IMG/VR virus record: IMGVR_UViG_3300000351_000079
Location: 1-59,830 of that record
Origin: a virus
Taxonomy: Duplodnaviria > Caudoviricetes
DNA: 59,830 bases
Reading direction: 5' to 3' (one strand)
The notes beneath the pieces were generated by a model. The model made no database searches and was not told the DNA's origin. It saw only the letters and a list, made by a program, of their open reading frames with translations. Positions 1 to 9,473 of the stretch are shown here, one piece after another. Every line of letters starts with the position of its first letter. Position 1 is the first letter of the stretch. A program made the position numbers and the translations under genes.

Positions 1-44
1 CTGCAACTCCGTGAACACCGGTTCGAATCCGGTCGGGACCTCCA
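1..44 (+). tRNA. 3' half of tRNA-Cys(GCA), truncated by the window edge
   Basis: Anticodon loop CTGCAAC (1-7), T-arm ACCGG-TTCGAAT-CCGGT, discriminator T (typical of Cys) and encoded CCA. Confidence 0.85.
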
Positions 45-57
45 GGTTAAGTATACC

Positions 58-127
58 AAGTTGCTTTATACCCTTTTAATGGCTTTGTTAGTAAGTTATA
101 GCCGTTTAAAAGCAAAGCAACTTTTTT
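58..127 (+). terminator. long imperfect hairpin with T-tract downstream of the tRNA
   Basis: AAGTTGCTTT...CTTTTAATGGCT / AGCCGTTTAAAAG...AAAGCAACTT followed by TTTT. Confidence 0.6.
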
Positions 128-213
128 ATTAGAATTGAGCAAATTTGATGTTTTTTCATCACTTTTGCTCTTTTTTTATGATATAAAAGTATGGAAACAC
201 GCTCATTTTGTGG

Positions 214-260
214 ACCGGGTTTGAACTCTTGAATTTGCATGAACCCTACCGGGTTTGAAC
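214..260. repeat. direct repeat ACCGGGTTTGAAC x2 at the left end of element 1
   Basis: Exact 13-mers at 214-226 and 248-260; related pair at 44766-44801. Confidence 0.75.
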
Positions 261-297
261 ACCAAATAATAAAAAAAAGCGATCGATGTTGATCACT

Positions 298-1947
298 TTA
301 ATGAATTGTTAAATGACTCGAAAGTTTGTGAGCAGTTTGTCTAATTTTATATTCAATCTCTATCGTATTGTAGTATTTCTTATCAGTTTCTCTTTTTAGA
401 TTAAATGGATTAAGTATCAATTCAATATCATTTCTATTATTAATTGTTACCTTGCTAAAAAACTCTTTAAATGGAAATTCTTGAATATTCTCTATGGTAC
501 GTTTAAATGGTTTTAAGAGTTGTTTGTACTTGAGTAGTATTGCTTCAGAATTGTAGGTTGTTAATAATTCGTTCTTTAAACTTATCAGATTGATTTCTTC
601 GGTGTGTAGCTTAGATTTTAATTCCTCAAGTGTAATAAAATCGAACTCCTCTTTAACTTTGAAATTATTAATTACATTTTCCATTCTTTCGTTTGCTTCA
701 ATTAAGTTATTGATCTTATCTTTCACTTGCTTAATAACTGGATGTGAATCCAATAACAATTTAAGTTCAAGGAAAAAGTCAGTTTTGTTTCTTATTATGT
801 AATTACAATGGCTCAATATCATATCATCAAAAGTAGATACAAATATAGAATCATTATCACAATTTTTTCGCTCTCTATTGCTAGAGCAAATTAAAAGTTC
901 TCGCTGCCATTTCTTATCCTTGTTGTTAACTATAAAATGATAATTATTTCCGCAAATCCCACATTCAACAAATGAACTATAAATCGATTTATTTTTTGCT
1001 TTCTCTTTTAGAACTCGCATGTCTGTTGTTTTATTATATTTTTTCATACGTTGCTGTTTAATTTCTTTAACCTTTTCCCACAAATCCATAGATATGATTG
1101 CTGGGTGCGAGTTTTCGACATAATACATGGGGTGAGTAAGTTGGTTTTTTTCACCACGTCTATCACCTATACGTTGCCTTTTTGTCTTTTGCAATAATGC
1201 ATTCCCCGTATATTTCTCATTGTTTAAGATTCTTTGAACAGTACCAAATTTGTAGTCTAGATTATAGTGCTTTGTTTTTAAATTCTGTTTTCGCAACTCT
1301 GCAGCTATGTAACGTTGTGAATATCCTTTTGAATACATAGTGAATATTTTTCTAACAATCTTTGCTTCGTTCTTATCAATGATTATTTCGTTTTCTGCGT
1401 TCCTTGTATAGCCAAGCACCTTTGATGTTACCATTGATACAATTCCCTCTTCAAAACGTTGTTTTACACCCCATAGAGTGTTCTGGCTATTGCTTCTAGC
1501 TTCCTCTTCAGCAATGCTTGCATAAACTGTCATAGTTAAATCAATTTTTGGATCCAATGATGATATGTTTTCTCTTTCGAACCAGACCTCAACATTTATG
1601 ATCTTTAACTCGTTTAAGATTCTTAAACAGTCTACAGTATTGCGAGCGAATCTAGATATTGATTTTGTGATTATTAGGTCAATACCACCTGCCTTAGCAA
1701 GTTCAATCATATGATTGAATTTCTTTCTATGTGTGATGGATGTTCCAGTTCGACCAAAATCGGAAAAAACTCCCACAAAATTCCATTTATTATTTTCTTT
1801 AATCATGTTAGCATAATATTCGATTTGCATATTTAAAGACATTTCTTGTAGCTCTTTTTTTGTTGAAACTCGAGTATAAGCACATACGTTTTTCTTTTTG
1901 TTTTGACTTTCAATACGATCGAAATTTATAACTTCAACAAATTCCAT
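298..1947 (-). CDS. large serine recombinase (second of tandem pair)
   Basis: VCAYTRVST catalytic Ser motif, KSISRFARN, NEKYTG recombinase domain, CxxC Zn ribbon, coiled coil. Confidence 0.92.
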   Translation of the reverse strand: MEFVEVINFDRIESQNKKKNVCAYTRVSTKKELQEMSLNMQIEYYANMIKENNKWNFVGVFSDFGRTGTSITHRKKFNHMIELAKAGGIDLIITKSISRFARNTVDCLRILNELKIINVEVWFERENISSLDPKIDLTMTVYASIAEEEARSNSQNTLWGVKQRFEEGIVSMVTSKVLGYTRNAENEIIIDKNEAKIVRKIFTMYSKGYSQRYIAAELRKQNLKTKHYNLDYKFGTVQRILNNEKYTGNALLQKTKRQRIGDRRGEKNQLTHPMYYVENSHPAIISMDLWEKVKEIKQQRMKKYNKTTDMRVLKEKAKNKSIYSSFVECGICGNNYHFIVNNKDKKWQRELLICSSNRERKNCDNDSIFVSTFDDMILSHCNYIIRNKTDFFLELKLLLDSHPVIKQVKDKINNLIEANERMENVINNFKVKEEFDFITLEELKSKLHTEEINLISLKNELLTTYNSEAILLKYKQLLKPFKRTIENIQEFPFKEFFSKVTINNRNDIELILNPFNLKRETDKKYYNTIEIEYKIRQTAHKLSSHLTIH

Positions 1948-3644
1948 TAGTTTTTCCTCAAATCTATTACTTTATAGTTTATTGTGTGCTTTCCATTTTG
2001 ACTTGTCACTTTTCCTCTGTGTATTGATTTATGGTTTTTGTAATCAATAATTTCATTCTTAATGTTCTTTTTAATCATAGGTTCATCGTCAATAAGAAGA
2101 AGAACATTAGACTGGTCAATAGTAATGATGAACTTGTAAACACCAATCAATGTGTTCTTGGTAAGATCTGCTTGTCCAAGAATGAATTTCTTCATTTCTT
2201 TAATTCTTTCTGTTTGCTCATAGTGATTAACAAGTTCTAACTGTTTCTTTTTTAAATTTGATTTTAAAGCTAATAATTGTGCTTTCTTTTCATTGTATAT
2301 ATCTTTATAAAAGTCACCGTTTTTTGAAATTTCATCAACATTTATATTAATTATTTCTTTGATGTTCTTTTCACTTTTAATAATTTTAAGCTTTAAGTTT
2401 TCGATTTCCTTTTCAACATTGTTTGATGATAAACTATTTTTTATTGTAGACATTGTTTCGTCAATGATAGAGTTTTTAGTTATATTTAGTTCGTGAATAG
2501 ATTGTATGACTGCGCTTTCCAAAGTGTCATGATCAATTGGTTTACCCTTGCAAATATGTTTTGAATTATTCTTTTTGCATGTTAATGCGATCCTCTCGTT
2601 GGCTCTACCGTAGTTGTAATACGTGCGACTCATCACTTTTCCACACTTGCTACAGAAGACAAATCCACTTAGAGGATATTTGTTACTATAATTAGATTGT
2701 CTACGTTTGTGTGATCGTTTCTTCTTTAGTTCTTGAACCAAGTCAAATGTAGCGTTCGAAACAATACCTTCATGATTATTCTTAATAAAATACTGTGGCG
2801 CATGACCTTTATTCTTTATCGATTTATGTGTTAAGTAATCGACAGTAACTGTTTTTTGCAAAAGCACATCCCCTGTATATTTTTCATTGGTTAATACTGC
2901 ATTAACAGTTGATGGGACCCAATGCACAACACCACGACCATTCTTTCTTTCGTTTTTTGTAAGGAAATCACAGACTTCCTTTAAGGAACATCCAGCTAAA
3001 TACATGTTGAAAATCATTTTGACAGTTTTTGCTTCTTCCTGATTAATAATAATCTTTCCGTTCTCATCCCTATCGAATCCCAAAAAAGTTTTTGCATTCA
3101 ATCTTACCTTTCCGTTTTGGAAATTCTTTCTGATTCCCCACGTAACATTTTCGCTAATATTTCTAGATTCTTCTTGAGCAATTGAGGATAACAACGATAA
3201 CATGAAATCAACACCATTTTTGGATGTATATATATTTTCTTTTTCAAAGAATACATCAACATTGGCATCTCTTAATTGTTGAATAGTTGATAAAGTTTCT
3301 ACTGTGTTTCTAGCAAATCTAGATACTGATTTAGTTAATATTAGATCGATTTTCCCTTGTTTGGCGTCTTTTATCATTTTCATGAATTGTGGACGTTTCC
3401 TCATACTTGTTCCAGTCAAGCCTTCATCGGCATATAATCCTACAAATTCCCAGTTTTTATCTTCTTGAATTTTTTTAAGATAATATGATTTTTGAGCTTC
3501 AATACTATGCAATTGATCATCTGAATCAGTTGATACCCTCGCATAAGCGCAAACTTTTAAAATAGGTTTAAAAATTGGAATGCCACTATCGTTTTCATAT
3601 AAGGGTTGTGTTGGTTGAATTACTGTAATCTTTCTTTCTAACAT
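1947..3644 (-). CDS. large serine recombinase (first of tandem pair)
   Basis: VCAYARVST, KSVSRFARN, NEKYTG, CSKCG; start moved to ATG 3644 behind an AAGGAGG RBS. Confidence 0.92.
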   Translation of the reverse strand: MLERKITVIQPTQPLYENDSGIPIFKPILKVCAYARVSTDSDDQLHSIEAQKSYYLKKIQEDKNWEFVGLYADEGLTGTSMRKRPQFMKMIKDAKQGKIDLILTKSVSRFARNTVETLSTIQQLRDANVDVFFEKENIYTSKNGVDFMLSLLSSIAQEESRNISENVTWGIRKNFQNGKVRLNAKTFLGFDRDENGKIIINQEEAKTVKMIFNMYLAGCSLKEVCDFLTKNERKNGRGVVHWVPSTVNAVLTNEKYTGDVLLQKTVTVDYLTHKSIKNKGHAPQYFIKNNHEGIVSNATFDLVQELKKKRSHKRRQSNYSNKYPLSGFVFCSKCGKVMSRTYYNYGRANERIALTCKKNNSKHICKGKPIDHDTLESAVIQSIHELNITKNSIIDETMSTIKNSLSSNNVEKEIENLKLKIIKSEKNIKEIININVDEISKNGDFYKDIYNEKKAQLLALKSNLKKKQLELVNHYEQTERIKEMKKFILGQADLTKNTLIGVYKFIITIDQSNVLLLIDDEPMIKKNIKNEIIDYKNHKSIHRGKVTSQNGKHTINYKVIDLRKN

Positions 3645-3660
3645 ACCTAGTCCTCCTTTT

Positions 3661-3704
3661 TTCGTTATTACATATATCACTTAAAAAGCAAGTAATAGCA
3701 AGTG
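3661..3704 (-). promoter_or_regulatory. conserved promoter-like motif upstream of the recombinase pair
   Basis: CTTGCTATT-N12-AGTGATATATG; same spacing as copies at 15904-15936 and 48181-48225. Confidence 0.6.
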
Positions 3705-3848
3705 CTAAACGCTATTAGTTGCTTTATTTTTATATTCATCAATTAATGCTTCCAAACAAGAGTACCATTCTAAACCTGAAATCAAATCGCATTCTAAAAG
3801 TTTATCAATAATTTGTTTCTTTAGATGAAAATCAATAATATTATCCAT
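3705..3848 (-). CDS. 47-aa SHOCT-like small protein upstream of the recombinases (not in ORF track)
   Basis: MDNIIDFHLKKQIIDKLLECDLISGLEWYSCLEALIDEYKNKATNSV with GAAAGGA RBS; homologue in the same position at 48241-48390. Confidence 0.75.
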   Translation of the reverse strand: MDNIIDFHLKKQIIDKLLECDLISGLEWYSCLEALIDEYKNKATNSV

Positions 3849-3862
3849 AATATTCCTTTCTT

Positions 3863-3900
3863 GCAAAAGAAAAAGAGCCGCTCAAGAAAGCGACTCTTTT
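3863..3900 (-). terminator. intrinsic terminator after the repressor gene
   Basis: AAAAGAGCCGCT-CAAGAA-AGCGACTCTTTT hairpin with a U-tract on the minus strand. Confidence 0.7.
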
Positions 3901-3979
3901 AAGAAAGGATAAACTAAGAATATAAATTGTATGTCTAAACCACCAATAGTATTTTATCACTAAAGAATTAATAAGTGAA

Positions 3980-4576
3980 TTAGCGCAAAGCACTAAAAAA
4001 ATGGGGAATATCCATATATTTCTTTAAATCTGCCATTAACACACCTTTAAATACTATGTTCTCTGCATGTGCCTTGTTAAAATATCTTGGCTTATCATTT
4101 ATATAGAAATGTCCACCACCTGTAGGTTTAAAGTATACTTTTGAGATATATGTCATATCATAATAATCAAATATCATTACATGGCCATCTAAGTTTTGAT
4201 TAGTCTTCCAGAAGAAGCGAACATCATGATCAGGTTTCATATAACATATAACATCATCATTGATAGTAGAAATGGTAAAAGGCATGACTTCGCTAAGACC
4301 CTCATCGCTATTTTCAAACGATCTAAAAGCTAGAGTCTTATCATTTACCAGCGTGTAAGGATTACCAATGATAACATCAAGTGACACGTTATAAAACCCA
4401 CTTAGTTTGACTAAATCTTTCAAACTTATTTCACGATTACCATTTTCATAATTGACATAACCTTGCCTTGACTTACCGATTATATCTCCGACTTCTTTTG
4501 GTGATAATTTGTGAGATAAACGAAGTTGTTTTAAGTTTTGACTTACAAACCTACTATCAAAAAAATCATCATACAT
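3980..4576 (-). CDS. XRE-family HTH repressor (CI-like)
   Basis: N-terminal XRE HTH (LKQLR...YENGNREI); divergent from the cro-like gene. Confidence 0.85.
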   Translation of the reverse strand: MYDDFFDSRFVSQNLKQLRLSHKLSPKEVGDIIGKSRQGYVNYENGNREISLKDLVKLSGFYNVSLDVIIGNPYTLVNDKTLAFRSFENSDEGLSEVMPFTISTINDDVICYMKPDHDVRFFWKTNQNLDGHVMIFDYYDMTYISKVYFKPTGGGHFYINDKPRYFNKAHAENIVFKGVLMADLKKYMDIPHFFSALR

Positions 4577-4790
4577 ATAATTACTTCCTTTTCATCTAAT
4601 TTTATGAGCAACAAATGTAGCACAATAAAAATTACCGTTAACATTTAATCTATTTTAGCATAGAAATTTGAGAAATAACAACTCATTTTGTTGCAAAATA
4701 AAAAAAGTACTATGAACTTATTTTCAAGATAATCATTTCAATATAAAATAGTATCAGCGAAAAAAAATTAACAGAAAAGGGGGGCGTGCT

Positions 4791-5087
4791 TTGACGTCAA
4801 GGAATAAGAAGAACTACCGGGTTAGTTTACATAGGCAGTATTTAAAAAGTCAGCGAGAAAAGCTAGGATTAAAACATGAAGATGTAGCTTTTAAACTTAG
4901 AATCTCAACAGACTATTATGCTCAAATTGAAAACGGATTCCGGGGAACTAAAATGTCTGTTTTATTGCTAATTAAAATAGCTGAAGCATTGAAGCTAGAT
5001 ATAACAGAAGCAATATACAGTGAAAAACAATTTTCAGATCAACGAGAAAGGATGAAATTTGAATTAGAGAGAACACTCTCTGGATAA
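4791..5087 (+). CDS. Cro-like XRE HTH regulator
   Basis: YYAQIENGFRG HTH; first gene of the rightward operon. Confidence 0.8.
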   Translation: MTSRNKKNYRVSLHRQYLKSQREKLGLKHEDVAFKLRISTDYYAQIENGFRGTKMSVLLLIKIAEALKLDITEAIYSEKQFSDQRERMKFELERTLSG

Positions 5088-5100
5088 TAAACCCCTTTCT

Positions 5101-6000
5101 TTGCAAATAGACGATTATATAACTTTTAAGGATGTTAAACCAATAACAAAAGAAAGCTATAGAAGGATATTATTAGAGTATTTAAAGTATGTCAATAAAC
5201 TACCTAAACCACCAACTAGGGAAGATATAAAGACGTACCGAGAAATGTTATTAGGTCGACTAGAAGCAAGAAGTGTACAAAAACATATAGTTATTATAAA
5301 AGGATTTTATGAATGGATTTATGCCGAACAAAAAGGCGAGAATATTGCTATTGGCATAAAAGGAGTAAAAATTACAAACACGTTCAAAAGAGAACCATTA
5401 TCAAATGAACAAGCAAAAAAGCTATTAAATCATGCTAAAAGTTTGTCATCAAACGGAATTATAGAATTAAGAAATTATGCAATTATAAGTTTAATGCTTA
5501 CAACTGGGTTAAGGACAATAGAGGTTAGTCGTTCAAACAGTACAGATATTCATTATGTCGAAGATGCACAAGCATTATATATCCAAGGGAAGGGACACGA
5601 CTCAAAGGATTATTTTGTAAAAATACCTAAGACAGTTTATGAAACAATACTAGAATATCAGTTTGCTAGAGCGGATAATATCAAGCCATTATTTATTAAT
5701 CATAATAGGAATCATAAATATGATCGAATTAGTGCCAAAACCATCAGTAGAATGGTTAAAGATTACTTAAGAGATGTAGGGATAGACGAAAAAATCTATA
5801 CTGCTCACAGTTTGAGGCATACTGCTGCCGTAATTGCTATGAATTCGGGTGCGCCATTATTTAGTACCCAACAACTACTAAGACATAAAAACCCAGGTAC
5901 AACGCAGATTTATCTACAGAAAATTACTAGAAGAAAAGAGAATTATGAACAAGTAATTAGTGATGTGTTGTATGAACAAACAAGTGAGGATAAGAAATGA
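5101..6000 (+). CDS. tyrosine recombinase (XerC/D-like); start uncertain
   Basis: TGLR, QGKG, HSLRH, LLRH and TTQIY catalytic residues all present. Confidence 0.9.
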   Translation: MQIDDYITFKDVKPITKESYRRILLEYLKYVNKLPKPPTREDIKTYREMLLGRLEARSVQKHIVIIKGFYEWIYAEQKGENIAIGIKGVKITNTFKREPLSNEQAKKLLNHAKSLSSNGIIELRNYAIISLMLTTGLRTIEVSRSNSTDIHYVEDAQALYIQGKGHDSKDYFVKIPKTVYETILEYQFARADNIKPLFINHNRNHKYDRISAKTISRMVKDYLRDVGIDEKIYTAHSLRHTAAVIAMNSGAPLFSTQQLLRHKNPGTTQIYLQKITRRKENYEQVISDVLYEQTSEDKK

Positions 6001-6731
6001 TACAAGAATTTAGGAATGCAAATTTTGGTACTGTTAAAGCCACTTTAATGGATGACCAACCCTACTTTTGTTTAGTCGATGTTGCGAGAATATTAGATAT
6101 ACCAAATGCTCAAGATTGTCGAACTGGACTACCAAGCCAAGATATAAAAACGTTAGAAGTAAAAACTGAAAAATCTGCTATTAAGCGATTATTTATTAAT
6201 GCAAAACATATAAGTACTATTATGTTTAAATCAAAGAAAACTGAAGCACATCAGATTAATGACTGGTTATATCGAATTGTAATACCACAAATGATTACAC
6301 AATCACAATATGGCCTAGAAACTTTTGATGATCCAGAAACTGCAATGAAGTTTTTAGATGAGTTTCAAGAACTTAAGATTAGAAAAACAATATTAGAAAC
6401 AGATAGAAAACTTAATGCGCCTAAAATACATTACATAAATAAACTTTTAGGTAGTAAGTCATGTGTAGATTTAGACATGGTTACTCAAGTTATTAAGTTT
6501 CATAATTTAACCAATGTGGATTTATATAAAATATTACGATCAAGTCACATACTAGATGATAGTAATCAACCATATCAAGAATATTGTGATCGCAAATACT
6601 TTCGTGTAATTGAAGCTAAAGTTAGAGCTGGCGGTGAAGTAGTAACATCATATAGGACTTATGTATACAAAAAAGGGTTAACATTCATTGAAAGAATCCT
6701 AACTGAATACGAGGTAAGAAACCGTGATTAA
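5997..6731 (+). CDS. phage antirepressor (BRO-N plus KilAC/ANT)
   Basis: FRNANFGTV...PYFCLVDVARIL BRO-N domain; NQPYQEY...TYVYKKG C-terminal ANT domain. Confidence 0.85.
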   Translation: MIQEFRNANFGTVKATLMDDQPYFCLVDVARILDIPNAQDCRTGLPSQDIKTLEVKTEKSAIKRLFINAKHISTIMFKSKKTEAHQINDWLYRIVIPQMITQSQYGLETFDDPETAMKFLDEFQELKIRKTILETDRKLNAPKIHYINKLLGSKSCVDLDMVTQVIKFHNLTNVDLYKILRSSHILDDSNQPYQEYCDRKYFRVIEAKVRAGGEVVTSYRTYVYKKGLTFIERILTEYEVRNRD

Positions 6732-6921
6732 AAAAGAAACAGAGTTTTACACAATTGCAGAAGTAAAGAAGATATTAAAACTTTCTTCTCAAACGATATT
6801 AAAGTATGTAAGAAGAAAAGAACTTCTAGGATTTCAATCAGGAAGCAAATGGGTTATATCAAAAAAATCGGTAGAAGACTTTATTGATAGACATTCAAAC
6901 GAAGAAATACCCAAAATTTAA
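6724..6921 (+). CDS. excisionase-like HTH_17 DNA-binding protein
   Basis: YTIAEVKKILKLS...GSKWVISKKSVEDFI. Confidence 0.8.
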   Translation: MIKKETEFYTIAEVKKILKLSSQTILKYVRRKELLGFQSGSKWVISKKSVEDFIDRHSNEEIPKI

Positions 6922-7026
6922 CTACAGTGGAAATAATGCTTGTGATTGTATGTATGAGAGATGATTACACAATAAATCACGATAAACCACCATATTTCAC
7001 TATATAGAAAACTAAGAGGAAAAAGC

Positions 7027-7881
7027 ATGGCGAGACCAATTAAAAGAGGGTTATCATATTTCCCGTTGGACGTCCATGTGTTTAAAGATCCCAGAATTAA
7101 AAAACTTGAAAGAAGATTTGGAGCCTATGGCTCCATTATCTTCATTCGATTGTTAGCTTTGGTTTATGAGCAAGGGTACTACTTAGAAACTACGGTTGAA
7201 GATATTGTTCTTGAACTGCAAGAACAAGTAGGTACAAACAGGATTTCATACCAAAGAGTCCTCAATGTAATTCTGATGTGTTGTGAGCTAGACATTTTAA
7301 ATGGGTCGCTATTTCAACAGGGGGTTATTACATCCGATGGAATACAAAAACAATTCTTACGTATAGCAAAAAGACGCAAGGAAGTCGATATCAGCAAGTA
7401 CTGGTTGTTAGATTCCACAACCATGGATAAAATTGGGGTCCTTTTAAGCATGGACAAAAACGAGTCAAAAACAGTAAATGTTAACAATAATTCAGTTAAT
7501 GTTGACATTAATACACAAAGGAAAAGTAAAAGAGAAAGTAAAAAAGATAAAAAGATAAATTTAGATAAAAGCATTTATGGGGCTCCCAAAATGCATTATT
7601 TAACAAAATTGATTATTGAAAGAAAATACATTAATGAATACTCTTGTGATATTTTAAAATTTAATACTTTATTCGAATCGATGATTGAGACTTATGGCTA
7701 TGAATGTGTACTCAGTGGAGTAAACTATTTGATTTCATATGCTAAAAATCCAACACCACCCATTGATGATAAATTTAAGTTTATGGAAGTATCACTTAGT
7801 AACAATCTAGAAAGATTTAGAAAACAAGGAAATAGTGGAGGAATAAATTTTGAAAAATGGATCGAAGAAGTATTTTCTTGA
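7027..7881 (+). CDS. DUF4373 / Lin1244-like replication initiator
   Basis: MARPIKRGLSYFPLDV N-terminus, TSDGIQ motif, internal iteron-like repeats. Confidence 0.8.
   Translation: MARPIKRGLSYFPLDVHVFKDPRIKKLERRFGAYGSIIFIRLLALVYEQGYYLETTVEDIVLELQEQVGTNRISYQRVLNVILMCCELDILNGSLFQQGVITSDGIQKQFLRIAKRRKEVDISKYWLLDSTTMDKIGVLLSMDKNESKTVNVNNNSVNVDINTQRKSKRESKKDKKINLDKSIYGAPKMHYLTKLIIERKYINEYSCDILKFNTLFESMIETYGYECVLSGVNYLISYAKNPTPPIDDKFKFMEVSLSNNLERFRKQGNSGGINFEKWIEEVFS
7472..7560 (+). repeat. putative replication origin: 21-bp-period iterons plus purine-rich tract
   Basis: CAGTAAATGTTAACAATAAT (7472) / CAGTTAATGTTGACATTAAT (7493), then AAAGTAAAA/AAAGATAAA repeats. Confidence 0.55.
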
Positions 7882-8263
7882 TTATGTCGATGATATTCAA
7901 AGAGCTTATTCAAAGTTACCAGAATATAAAGAACGATTACAATTTTATGAATACGAGCTAACAAGATATCATGCTGTCACTTATGATGCTATTAATAGAT
8001 CTAATTCTAATAGAAACGTTGTTGAAGACAGATTGCTCTATAACTTGGAAAAAATAGAGGAGTATGAAAATAAAATACGTAATGCAGAAGCAACTATTAA
8101 GAAATATCAAGAGTTTAAGAAATGTCTAATGTTTAGAGAACGAACTATTATTGAACATATAGTAGAAGAAGGGATGAAAAAGACACATATTGCTCGAAAA
8201 TATGGAATCTCAAATTCAACACTATATTTCATGTTGAGACGAGTTAGAACTTATAAATACTAA
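7850..8263 (+). CDS. putative late transcriptional activator (ArpU/RinA-like, C-terminal sigma-r4-like HTH)
   Basis: Coiled coil then HIARKYGISNSTLY HTH; end of the early region; GGAGG RBS before TTG. Confidence 0.65.
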   Translation: MKNGSKKYFLDYVDDIQRAYSKLPEYKERLQFYEYELTRYHAVTYDAINRSNSNRNVVEDRLLYNLEKIEEYENKIRNAEATIKKYQEFKKCLMFRERTIIEHIVEEGMKKTHIARKYGISNSTLYFMLRRVRTYKY

Positions 8264-8305
8264 TCAAGTCTTAGTCAGTACCCACGAAATATTGACTAGG
8301 AGATA

Positions 8306-9394
8306 ATGATGCTAAAAGTAATTGAACTATTTGCAGGAATTGGAGCACAAAGAGAGGCTTTGAATGTAGCAAAAATACCACATGAAATTATTGGGATTTC
8401 AGAAATTGATAAATATGCATGTATGGCATATGAACTATTACATGGAGTAACACAAAATTTTGGCGACATAAGAAAAATAGATAAACTACCTCATTCAGAT
8501 TTATGGACTTACTCTTTTCCATGTACAGATATTTCATTAGCGGGTAAAATGGATGGATTTATAAAAGGATCTGATACTAAGAGTAGTTTGTTATGGGAAG
8601 TCGAAAGATTACTTAAAATAGCTAAAGAAAATAATACCTTACCTAAATACCTCTTAATGGAAAATGTAAAGAATCTGATTAGTAAAAAATTTATAACTGA
8701 TTTCAAGATATGGTTAAACATTTTAGAAGACTTGGGATATAAAAATTATTATAAAGTATTAAATGCAAAGGACTATGGGATTCCGCAAAATAGAGAGCGA
8801 GTCTTTATGATAAGTACTCTAGATAGTCAAGAGTATATTTTTCCTACAGCAGTCAAACTAGAAACTAGACTTGTTGATTACCTAGAAGACAAGGTCGATG
8901 ATAAATACTATTTGAGCGAAAGTTTAATTAAGAATTTCTCGTCAATGAAAAATAGAAATGGTTTTGTCCGAGGATCTAGATTTAGAGTACATGATGAGGA
9001 TAGTAATTATGCTTATACGATAACCACAAGACCAGGGAGTAGAGCAACCGATAATTTTATAATGATTCCAGAAGCAACAAAAAAAGGATATGCGATTGCA
9101 TATCCAGGAGATGGAGTTTATACAAATCGAACACACTCCAAGCGGGGCGTGGTACAAAAATCAATGATTCCTACTCTTAAAACATCGGTGCATGATTTAG
9201 GTGTTGTTTTAGAAGAAGAAAATCTAATTAGAATTAGAAGATTAACACCTAGAGAATGCCTTAGATTAATGGGGTGGAGAGATGAAAGAATAGATATTTT
9301 AGTCAAATGCGATATCTCTAATACACAACTATATAAGATGGCTGGTAATAGTATTGTAGTGAATGTAATTACTAATGTTTTTCAATTGTTATAA
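8306..9394 (+). CDS. dcm: orphan phage DNA (cytosine-5) methyltransferase
   Basis: FAGIGA, SFPC, ENV, QNRER, AGNSIV motifs. Confidence 0.92.
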   Translation: MMLKVIELFAGIGAQREALNVAKIPHEIIGISEIDKYACMAYELLHGVTQNFGDIRKIDKLPHSDLWTYSFPCTDISLAGKMDGFIKGSDTKSSLLWEVERLLKIAKENNTLPKYLLMENVKNLISKKFITDFKIWLNILEDLGYKNYYKVLNAKDYGIPQNRERVFMISTLDSQEYIFPTAVKLETRLVDYLEDKVDDKYYLSESLIKNFSSMKNRNGFVRGSRFRVHDEDSNYAYTITTRPGSRATDNFIMIPEATKKGYAIAYPGDGVYTNRTHSKRGVVQKSMIPTLKTSVHDLGVVLEEENLIRIRRLTPRECLRLMGWRDERIDILVKCDISNTQLYKMAGNSIVVNVITNVFQLL

Positions 9395-9473
9395 ATTATT
9401 TAATTAAAGGCTTCTATACTTTAAGATGTCAAGTTTTTATGATATAATTATCACAAGTTGAGAGGTGTAGAAT

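Noticed and set aside
5080-5103. CTG start for the element 1 tyrosine recombinase at 5080
   Set aside because: In frame and would match the N-terminal length of the element 2 homologue, but no convincing SD; cannot choose between this and TTG 5101
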